Shown: positions 10,201-16,934 of the stretch, one piece after another
Layout: each line of letters opens with the position of its first letter
Position numbering within the stretch: position 1 is the stretch's first letter
Notes under the pieces: generated by a model
What the model saw: only the letters and a program-made list of their open reading frames with translations
Databases searched by the model: none
Told to the model about the DNA's origin: nothing
Made by a program: the position numbers and the translations under genes
Assembly: GCA_002491825.1 (NCBI GenBank)
Contig: DKWR01000024.1
Coordinates: 1-57,044, forward strand
Source: Ruminococcaceae bacterium UBA7147
Lineage (GTDB): Bacteria; Bacillota; Clostridia; Oscillospirales; Acutalibacteraceae
Reading direction: 5' to 3'
DNA length: 57,044 nucleotides

Positions 10201-11225
10201 AAATAACTGCTCGGTGTTGCTGTTACAGTTACTTCGTCGCCTGCATTTGCTGTGCCGGCTGCTTTGTCGGGAGCAGAGAATGTAAGCTTACCGTTTGCAT
10301 CGGTTTTGTCAACGATTTTGAAGTCGCCTTCGGTCGGCTCTATAGGACCGGTTGCTGTTTCGTACCAAACCTTTTTATTTAATGTATCAAGACAAATCTT
10401 TATTGTTTGAGCATCGGTGTTTTTAAATGCAAATTCACCCGAAGAATATAGATTGAGTTTAATCTTATTTGAAGAGTCACCTAAAGCCTGATCGTTACTA
10501 GTTCCGTAATATGTGTTAGTACCGTCAGAAAATCTAAACCAGGTATCTTCAGTAAAAGTAACCGTCTTACAAACAACATTCGAGTCACCTGCATATGTTT
10601 CATCTAATGGAACGGCTGAACCAGAGTTTGCAGCCCATTCATTACCAAAAATACCGCTTCCAACAATAGACCAAGATGTTGTTGGAACAGGAGAAGTCGT
10701 TTCTGTTGCAGGTTGTGTTGTAGTTTCTATTGGTGTTGTACCATCATCTTTTGATAAAGCAATAGTATTGGCTGTCGGGTTGAATGTAACTTTTACTTTA
10801 AAAGATGATTGAACTTGTGATTTGATATAATAGTAATAACCTTGATTATAACTGTTACCAACATTCAACCAATGAAAATTAGTTGAATCAAAAGTACCGG
10901 TAGTCTTTGAATCAAGTGTATTCAAACCAGTCGTAATAGTACTTGAGTCAGTGTTAATATAACAAACAAAAGTAGTATTGGCATTTAACGAAGAATCTTC
11001 AAATGAAGCTACATAGTTAGTACCATCTGCTGTCATTTCAACTTTTTTAGTAAAACTACTATAATCAGTATTAGCGCCAATCGTATACCATAAATAATAA
11101 GTACCTGCTCCGACAGGTTCGCTGTCAATTACAGCAGCGTTAGCCGGTATTGCTACGAGAATCATTGATATTACCATCATTATTGACAAAATAATGGAAA
11201 TCAAGGATTTTGACTTAAATTTCAT
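7257..11225 (-). CDS. Secreted CotH-family protein kinase with accessory beta modules and a degenerate C-terminal dockerin
   Basis: CotH motifs IKGRGNSSW, WCLLAN..D.SMLRN, NGEYMGSYLVTEKV and PVWDYDWAYG; signal peptide; P/T linker; C-terminal DVNFDGKVDVKDATYIQ. Confidence 0.88.
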   Translation of the reverse strand: MKFKSKSLISIILSIMMVISMILVAIPANAAVIDSEPVGAGTYYLWYTIGANTDYSSFTKKVEMTADGTNYVASFEDSSLNANTTFVCYINTDSSTITTGLNTLDSKTTGTFDSTNFHWLNVGNSYNQGYYYYIKSQVQSSFKVKVTFNPTANTIALSKDDGTTPIETTTQPATETTSPVPTTSWSIVGSGIFGNEWAANSGSAVPLDETYAGDSNVVCKTVTFTEDTWFRFSDGTNTYYGTSNDQALGDSSNKIKLNLYSSGEFAFKNTDAQTIKICLDTLNKKVWYETATGPIEPTEGDFKIVDKTDANGKLTFSAPDKAAGTANAGDEVTVTATPSSYFECKSISVSYKDNNKVAHDINATKTADNTFKFTVPDGLATTDVKSQEITVKGTFTLTSTGKLDYVKAQNDGLWIDVAPYQNDSTSTLIKWNNYYGKNHNTTNPYTFYVPKNVNLSNAVIYNVTGSQITLGGQTIANQSKAENVNLVIGDNTITGGSVSKVKVMQGSTNAMFLTTSTALPTQYNPAVTGSSIAEEDAAAKAYKEKVNYKGGSCKTMTNTGSEASFSSAMGLSSIKGRGNSSWKASAMNFGKYAFNMKLSSATNLFDMDTTESTGSKSWCLLANNADESMLRNALTYQLAKDIGILYSPEFRFVDIYDNGEYMGSYLVTEKVDVGSSKLVKGESFDDINEKAAGTVDETTVTNEEYSYGTGTYAMSYAKVTSDGNTSSIASKTDGKYLLEFEITERYTDEASWFTSPRGQHVVVKSPEFATKEQVTYIAQKFAAMEDIAFTTGATKAQLSTVMDVESFAKMYLIQEFSSNLDAASTSYYLTFDCSKNDANGNGAVFVANPVWDYDWAYGQYENTTKKGKVGNSEYILNTKDAGKVSDGNNYWVAKYKYFDDSKGTNGTKYSIQSQLASQNSAFKTEIRKQWEGANGFYTTIQKYYGTNGQINTWYNQIKESVDMNETRWNFIDKDPISSWGSVNTGANHQEAVNSLNTWTSDRATWLNAQFTKDSEYTPFTPATPASTVTDVNGTTKNTFEVGESFLINVTTVEDDVTYSVYLGDTPVGDNVENGKIKVVATADMIGAKTFTVKATYGDKVETSTVYVTVTASTDVRTIKIYFKTATAPAYAPSVSFDGGDATAMTKSSELGKDYSGALTFAWYSVSIENVDTTKTHALTFTSKRTKLNATWNGKLTSTASYFTADNLMSDTVAVDLTGKGDIEKNFFYSATNMVYDSTDAKNKTLGFTFVGGERVKMGSVVNDSNGTVTAVSEPTVKSATYIQMLNASMITVSSLQSELYDVNFDGKVDVKDATYIQYALAS

Positions 11226-11261
11226 TTTTTATTACCTCCATAACCTTTTTATATTGGTAAA

Positions 11262-11367
11262 GCAGAGAACTATATTCTTTGGAAATCAAAAAGATTTGTT
11301 CAGCTTTTACTGCCTGACCTACAGTGAAATCGGGTGACTTCGGCTGAAAAAGGGTATAGTTCCCCAC
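11262..11367 (-). ncRNA. Candidate structured 5' leader RNA of unknown class
   Basis: 13-bp closing stem with 3 G-U pairs valid only on the minus strand, a 6-bp inner stem and three small hairpins, between the promoter and the RBS. Confidence 0.5.
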
Positions 11368-11380
11368 ATTTATTTATGAC

Positions 11381-11409
11381 ACTATAACATTTTAATGAAT
11401 TTATTTCAA
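11381..11409 (-). promoter_or_regulatory. SigmaA promoter of the CotH operon
   Basis: TTGAAA-N17-TATAGT with extended TGn; long AT-rich region upstream. Confidence 0.65.
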
Positions 11410-11720
11410 TAGTTTTAAATACATTTTATTCCATTTGTTATATTTAATGAATTATTGTGTTATAAATAAATTATAGTTGTCATTTTATAAAAATAATTTG
11501 TGATTATTATAATTATTTGTTAAAATATGTCGTTATTTTGGTGTTTTCTACAGCGTTATTATAGCATAATTAATTTATATTTTTATTTGTTTTTATAATA
11601 TTTGTGCATTATTTTTAAATTTCAGCGTTTTATACAACTATTGAAATATGATTTTGTGTAGTATTTTAGTATTTCATTGTGTTTTATGAAGAATTTGTAT
11701 TGATATATTGGTGACGTTTT

Positions 11721-11883
11721 GGGGACGTCAAGGATGCCGTCCCCTACGGAAAGATTGGTTTGTAACGATAATACTGAAATATTCGGTTGCGTTTGATAAT
11801 CACTACGGACACGGCACGCCGTGTCCCTACGGCGTAGGTGACGTTTGCGGAGAGGTGTGATAGACGAGGGCGTTGCTCGCTAC
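11721..11883 (-). repeat. Cluster of three GTAG-type REP elements (families B, A, C)
   Basis: Copies at 11721-11747, 11807-11830 and 11863-11883 each end in CTAC (GTAG on the minus strand) next to a GC-rich imperfect palindrome. Confidence 0.8.
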
Positions 11884-11913
11884 AATATTATGGAAATGTT
11901 TGCATAAGGTCGT

Positions 11914-12035
11914 AGGTCAGATAAAATTGCATATATCAGGAAAAGTTCATCTCCACCCCTCAGTCATTTTGCAGGCAAAATGACAGCTCCCCTCGAAAGG
12001 GGAGCCACGGATAGATAATCAGTATTTTGTTGTTT
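11914..12035. repeat. Truncated copy of the palindromic element inside the MITE at 30840-31119
   Basis: About 90 bp near-identical to 30955-31047 (aaaagttcatctccacccctcagtcattttgcaggcaaaatgacagctcccctc). Confidence 0.85.
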
Positions 12036-12039
12036 ATTT

Positions 12040-13071
12040 CTATTTGTTTTTGCCGAATGAAAGGAGCTGTTTTGACGGAAATGAGAATACCGACAATGAG
12101 CATACAAAGGTGACTGCTACGGCTATCAGTATATATACTCCCGTTGCAATTGTATCGCCTGTGACTGATGAGATGAGTTCGTATACTCCGAAATGCGAGA
12201 GCAATACCAGAAATACCTGATGCCAGAAGTAGATTTGCAGGGTTTTGGAGCCTGTTTTCGATATTATTCCCAGATTTATGTCAGGCACAAGGCTCATTAC
12301 CGACAAGCCGAACAATGTTGAAATTGCATAGCAGAGAAGTCTTATTAATCCACCGAAGGGTTTGCCTTCTTTGAGTACTTCAAATGAATTTCTGCCTGTG
12401 AAAATCGGTCTTAAGTACTGATATATATCGGTGTTTATGAAGAAAAGTGCTAAAAATCCGACTGCTACAAATATTGAAACGACTTTTACCCACTTGTTTG
12501 ACAAAAAAGCGGCAAGGCTTTCGGGCTTTATCATATAGCCTGCTACAAAGAACGGGAGGAATACTACTATTCGCATTAGGGCAAGTTTATCGCCGAGGAA
12601 TTTATCGTAACCTGCCATACAGCCGATCAGAAGTGAAAGCAGGAGTATGATTTTGGTGTTGTACTCCCTGAAAAGCCACATCAACGTTATGAACACTGCC
12701 ATTGCCCACATAAACCATGTGAACGAATCGTACATATCAAGCAGTGAATAGTTCATATTTTTGCCGAGTAACAGGCGGAGAACTGACATCATTACTCGCA
12801 GTACTATTCCGATAAGGACGAATGAAATTACCTTTTGCTTCGGAAATTTTGTTGACTTGTCCATCGGTTTGAGAAAAAGTCCGCTTATGAAAATGAAAAG
12901 CGGCATATGAATTGAATAGATTGTCAGAAACAGGCTCTTTTCAAGCATATTTCCGTCTGTTTCAGTCAGGAAATTAATTGCATGACCGATTACTACAAGC
13001 AGAATTGCAAGAAATTTTATGTTGTCAAAAAGATATATTCTGCCGATTTTGTTTTCTGTGTTTTGTATCAC
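12040..13071 (-). CDS. Acyltransferase family 3 (membrane O-acetyltransferase)
   Basis: R..FDNIK..AILLVVIGH and HMPLFIFISG motifs; about 10 TM segments; GTG start with AAGGAG RBS. Confidence 0.9.
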   Translation of the reverse strand: MIQNTENKIGRIYLFDNIKFLAILLVVIGHAINFLTETDGNMLEKSLFLTIYSIHMPLFIFISGLFLKPMDKSTKFPKQKVISFVLIGIVLRVMMSVLRLLLGKNMNYSLLDMYDSFTWFMWAMAVFITLMWLFREYNTKIILLLSLLIGCMAGYDKFLGDKLALMRIVVFLPFFVAGYMIKPESLAAFLSNKWVKVVSIFVAVGFLALFFINTDIYQYLRPIFTGRNSFEVLKEGKPFGGLIRLLCYAISTLFGLSVMSLVPDINLGIISKTGSKTLQIYFWHQVFLVLLSHFGVYELISSVTGDTIATGVYILIAVAVTFVCSLSVFSFPSKQLLSFGKNK

Positions 13072-13091
13072 TTTTTATGCTCCTTGTTTTT

Positions 13092-13116
13092 GCGCGACGG
13101 GGGCGTCGCTCGCTAC
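13092..13116 (-). repeat. GTAG-type REP (family C)
   Basis: Minus strand GTAGCGAGCGACGCCCCCGTCGCGC; related to 11863-11883. Confidence 0.75.
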
Positions 13117-13123
13117 ATTTTTA

Positions 13124-13615
13124 TTAATGTGTAAAGTATATCTCGTAATCGGTATAGTTGATGATTATTCCGTTTACACTGCCGTTTTTGCGCTCAACTT
13201 TGAATTTAGTGTTCGTGCCGTCATCAAAATACGCTTCAATTTCATCATCTGAATTGACGGTAAAACTGCCTGTGTGCGTTCCGTCGTCGGATGTTCCCGG
13301 TGAGAGCCAGAGGGAAAATCTGCCGTCCTCGTTAAAGGTGAGTGAGCCTTGATAGGAAGTGTAGTTGGTGTTGTAGATTTCCGACATTTCCACCTCGTCG
13401 CCGCTTGCGTTCTTTGCCGTTGACGGAATCCACTGATAGGCGCAAAGCTCGTTGTTGCGTTTTTGCTGTGAAGAACAGCTGACTATTGATAAAGTTGTTG
13501 CCGCTGTTATAATTGCAAGAACGATAATGCTTATGATTATCGGGAACTTTTTTGATTGTTTTTTCTGTGGTTGATTTGATTTTGCAGAGGATTTTTTAGG
13601 TTTCTTTTTAGCCAT
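13124..13615 (-). CDS. Membrane-anchored hypothetical protein, paralog of 13707-14327
   Basis: Basic N-terminus, one TM helix, beta-rich C-terminal domain. Confidence 0.7.
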   Translation of the reverse strand: MAKKKPKKSSAKSNQPQKKQSKKFPIIISIIVLAIITAATTLSIVSCSSQQKRNNELCAYQWIPSTAKNASGDEVEMSEIYNTNYTSYQGSLTFNEDGRFSLWLSPGTSDDGTHTGSFTVNSDDEIEAYFDDGTNTKFKVERKNGSVNGIIINYTDYEIYFTH

Positions 13616-13662
13616 ATTGTCACCGATATACTACAATATATATTACGTTTGATATTGACTGC

Positions 13663-13686
13663 GGACACGGCACGCCGTGTCCCTAC
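13663..13686 (-). repeat. GTAG-type REP (family A)
   Basis: ggacacggcacgccgtgtccctac, identical to the copies at 11807 and 50863. Confidence 0.85.
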
Positions 13687-13706
13687 GAAAAGCAACGTTT
13701 TACAAT

Positions 13707-14327
13707 TTACATATTGAAATAAACGTCATAGCCGCCATAATTTATGATAAGCTCTGCGGGGGTGTCACCCTCCCACGAGGCAACCTTTACGGACATATTC
13801 TTGTCATTTGAATAGGTTGCGACAATCTTGTCACCCTCTACGGCATATGCGCCCGAATTAGCAGAAGATGAAGTTACGGAGTCGGTGAATGTTCCGTCGC
13901 TGTTGAAGGTGATTACGCCCTGTGAAAATGCAGAGCCGAACACCTCACGCAGAGTACACTCTTCGTTTGTCGAGGAATCAACAGCTTTGTAAGGCACGTA
14001 GGTTGCATTGAAGTAGCTTACTTCCTGACCGCCCTGTGTGGGAACTACGACCTTTGAAACCTCCGAGGTTTCGCCTGCAAAGGTTTCGGATTGCGTTGTC
14101 GGCTGTTCAGATTCTGTGGGTTGAAGTGTTGTTTGTGCTGACTCAACCGAGGCTGACTGAACTGTTGAAGTTGTCTGCTGTGAAGTAGTTGAAGTTGTAT
14201 TTGCAGGCTTTGAGCCTGAATTAAAGAATATCACTGCACATATTACACCTATGATTATTACTGCTACAATAATACAGATTATTACAATCGGTTTTTTTGA
14301 GGTTTTCGCACTGTGTCGTCCTGCCAT
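13707..14327 (-). CDS. Membrane-anchored hypothetical protein with S/T-rich linker
   Basis: One TM helix, S/T/Q linker, C-terminal domain shared with the 13124 gene; start overlaps the upstream stop (TAATG). Confidence 0.75.
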   Translation of the reverse strand: MAGRHSAKTSKKPIVIICIIVAVIIIGVICAVIFFNSGSKPANTTSTTSQQTTSTVQSASVESAQTTLQPTESEQPTTQSETFAGETSEVSKVVVPTQGGQEVSYFNATYVPYKAVDSSTNEECTLREVFGSAFSQGVITFNSDGTFTDSVTSSSANSGAYAVEGDKIVATYSNDKNMSVKVASWEGDTPAELIINYGGYDVYFNM

Positions 14328-15289
14328 TATTCCTGAACTCCTTTCGGGTTTTCGTCATTTTTTAGCTTTAAAAGCACGCTTCGCTTCATCATTTTTCCGT
14401 TATAGTAAATGTATTCGTCACCGTCGGCATTTTCGTCAACCTCTATATCCGAAAATCCTTCGGCGATGTTTTTCTTCGGTGTTTCCTCTGTATCGTCAAA
14501 AATTCCGTTCTTTCTGTTCTCAATCTTCTTGTCAATTTCTTTGCTTTTTTTATCGTTGCCGACAATCATATTGTACATTGGTTTATATATCGCAGAATTG
14601 ATTATAAACGACATAATTGAAGGTATAAAGAAAAGTGCAAGCACTACTGTAGCTATTATTACTGCAATCGGCACGTAACAGCACATAAGAATCGTTGCGC
14701 AAAGCAGAGTAAGTACGAACAAACCGAGAGTTGCAATCAGATTGTGCTTGAACTCGCCAAAGGTCATTAATGCGCTGTTTTTGTAGATATTTTTCATTGA
14801 AATATCAAACGTTACCGTCATAGGCGGAATATAATAGAAAGAAAAAAGGAAAAATATGCTTACTATTATGCTGATTGCAAGGAAGATGTAAAATACTCCG
14901 TTGACCTTGCCAAATGAAGTGTACATTGTTATTGAATAGTAGCTGAAAAACATTGCAACATAGAACACAGCACCGTGAACAAGAAATCGCAGGAAGTTTT
15001 CCTTTACGCCTGAAATGAAGTTATGTACAACGTCAACGTTTTCCTCTCCCCTAACCATATGCGAGGTGACCTGAACAACACCTGCGTAAAATGGGAAAAG
15101 CGGAATTGCCGTTAAGAAAAGTATGAAGTTTGAGTTTAAGCCCGTAATCGTATTAATTAACCAGAATATGCCGAAAAATACGGCTGACGGTACTGCAAAA
15201 AGCAAATTTGTCAGCAACAGCTTCGGAAAATTATGAAATAAGCTTGCAATAAAAGATGTCAAAGCAACAGAGCTTTTTTCAGATGACAT
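14327..15289 (-). CDS. DUF624/YesL-like integral membrane protein
   Basis: Multi-TM with F..G.KENF and KN(S)ALM patterns; ATG at 15289 with GGAGG RBS. Confidence 0.65.
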   Translation of the reverse strand: MSSEKSSVALTSFIASLFHNFPKLLLTNLLFAVPSAVFFGIFWLINTITGLNSNFILFLTAIPLFPFYAGVVQVTSHMVRGEENVDVVHNFISGVKENFLRFLVHGAVFYVAMFFSYYSITMYTSFGKVNGVFYIFLAISIIVSIFFLFSFYYIPPMTVTFDISMKNIYKNSALMTFGEFKHNLIATLGLFVLTLLCATILMCCYVPIAVIIATVVLALFFIPSIMSFIINSAIYKPMYNMIVGNDKKSKEIDKKIENRKNGIFDDTEETPKKNIAEGFSDIEVDENADGDEYIYYNGKMMKRSVLLKLKNDENPKGVQE

Positions 15290-15315
15290 TATAAACCTCC
15301 GACTTTTGAAAAAAA

Positions 15316-15987
15316 TCAAAAATTAAACGCTCCTGCAAACAACGTCCATAGTGCTGTATCAATAAGGGACGCACAGAACGTCATTATTAGAGAAGCAATA
15401 AGATGAGAGCAAAGCGTTGTTGCTCCCGAACGCATTGACTGCTTGGGCGGATATTTTGCGAACGTGTAGGCAAACATATCCTTTGAGAACATAAAGGAAT
15501 TTGACGAAAACATTACAAGCGCAATGCAGAACAAAAATGTACCCGGCAACAGCACAAGAAGATAAAAGCCTACTCCGCCGAGCTTTTGTATAGCAAAAAG
15601 ATAACCTGCCGTCAGCCCTGTTCCAAAGCCCTTAAAAAGGACAACAAAGGGCATTACGAACACTCCCCAGGGGGTAATTCCGAGCAAAAATATTGAAAAT
15701 AAAAATATAAAATCTGACGCAAAGCAAGCACAGAAAGTACCTGCTGCATTCTGTGCAAGTCTTGCGTCAAGGTTTGTTGTAAATAGAAAATCGAGAGAAT
15801 TAAGCAGGCTTTCGCCTGAATTTTGTGCGCATATTGAGCCTGTGACAAGTCCGACAAGCAAGACTGCGGTGAACATAACACGCAAGCCGTACCGTTTGAA
15901 AAAATACTGCAAATCGGAAAGAGTTATTCTGCGTATTCCTCTTCTGCCTAATTCTGTCTTCTTAAACGAAAATACCAAGCTTTTCAT
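15316..15987 (-). CDS. spoIIM: Stage II sporulation protein M-like membrane protein
   Basis: TM pattern with LGITPWG..P..LFKGFGTG..G and LLP motifs; sigmaE-like promoter upstream. Confidence 0.65.
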   Translation of the reverse strand: MKSLVFSFKKTELGRRGIRRITLSDLQYFFKRYGLRVMFTAVLLVGLVTGSICAQNSGESLLNSLDFLFTTNLDARLAQNAAGTFCACFASDFIFLFSIFLLGITPWGVFVMPFVVLFKGFGTGLTAGYLFAIQKLGGVGFYLLVLLPGTFLFCIALVMFSSNSFMFSKDMFAYTFAKYPPKQSMRSGATTLCSHLIASLIMTFCASLIDTALWTLFAGAFNF

Positions 15988-16049
15988 AAATACATTCCTT
16001 TCGTTTTATCGGAATTTTACGAGCAATAAGCTCGGGTTGTCCCGTTAAA

Positions 16050-16078
16050 ACTTTATGCGGAATGTTTTTATAATATGA
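16050..16078 (-). promoter_or_regulatory. SigmaE-type promoter
   Basis: TCATATT-N14-CATAAAGT matches the sigmaE consensus; lies upstream of spoIIM, a known sigmaE target in Bacillus. Confidence 0.6.
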
Positions 16079-16081
16079 ATA

Positions 16082-16882
16082 TTACTTACCAAGCTCCTCG
16101 GCACGCTTTGTACAGGCGTCCATTGCATCCTGAACTGCCTCGTAAAAGCCGTGCTCTTTGAGTTTATCGAGTGCGGCTATTGTTGTACCGCCCTTTGAGC
16201 TTACTTTCTGAATAAGAACATCGGCGCTGTCGCCGCTTTCACGCAGCATTGCCGCCGAGCCTTCAAGCGTTGCGCATACAAGATTCATAGCCTTATCGTA
16301 GTCTATTCCCTGCTTTTGCGCATAATCAGCCATTGCCTTTGCAAAAAGGTAGATATATGCCGGACTGCTTCCGTTTACGGCAATAATCTCGTTCATATGC
16401 TCTTCAGTTATGTATTCACACACGCCGCTTCCTGCAAACATATTATATACAACCTGCTTGTCCTCGTCGCTGATGTTATCTGACGGACAGAGTGCAGAGG
16501 CTCCCTTCTTAAGCAACAATGGAGTGTTTGGCATTACACGCACAACGGGGCATTTACAGTCAAGAGCAGACTGAACATAGCCGATTGAAATTCCTGCGGC
16601 AATTGAAACAAAGGTTTTGCTTTCGTTTACGGCAGGCTTGATTGTTTCAAGCACCTCCGGGTAATTCTGAGGCTTTACTGCAAGTACGGTGATGTCGCTG
16701 TTTTCTACAACCTCACAACACGACTTACAGACTGAAACGCCCATTTCAGCCATCAAAGCACACTTATTATTATCGGTATCAAAAACATTGATAAAATCAG
16801 CATTGCCGTTGTTTTGGGACATAAGTCCCTTGATTATGGCGGTAGCCATATTGCCTGCACCGATAAATCCTATTTTTTTCAT
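16082..16882 (-). CDS. proC: Pyrroline-5-carboxylate reductase
   Basis: IGFIGAGNMA, LAVKPQ, RVMPNTP, GSSPAY and SKGGTT motifs; start placed at MKKIGF. Confidence 0.97.
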   Translation of the reverse strand: MKKIGFIGAGNMATAIIKGLMSQNNGNADFINVFDTDNNKCALMAEMGVSVCKSCCEVVENSDITVLAVKPQNYPEVLETIKPAVNESKTFVSIAAGISIGYVQSALDCKCPVVRVMPNTPLLLKKGASALCPSDNISDEDKQVVYNMFAGSGVCEYITEEHMNEIIAVNGSSPAYIYLFAKAMADYAQKQGIDYDKAMNLVCATLEGSAAMLRESGDSADVLIQKVSSKGGTTIAALDKLKEHGFYEAVQDAMDACTKRAEELGK

Positions 16883-16934
16883 CTTATTACCTTCTTCATT
16901 TTCACTTAAACAACACTTTATTATTACCAAGCAA

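Noticed and set aside
11290-11350. Glycine or c-di-nucleotide riboswitch in the CotH leader (GCCGAAG...UCAGG fragments)
   Set aside because: The remaining consensus elements are missing, so it is kept only as an unclassified structure
11410-11700. Very AT-rich 300-bp tract as a replication origin or hidden gene
   Set aside because: No DnaA-box cluster or credible ORF seen; most simply an upstream regulatory region
11721-11883. REP cluster as a mini CRISPR array
   Set aside because: The repeats differ from one another, the spacing is irregular and there are no cas genes
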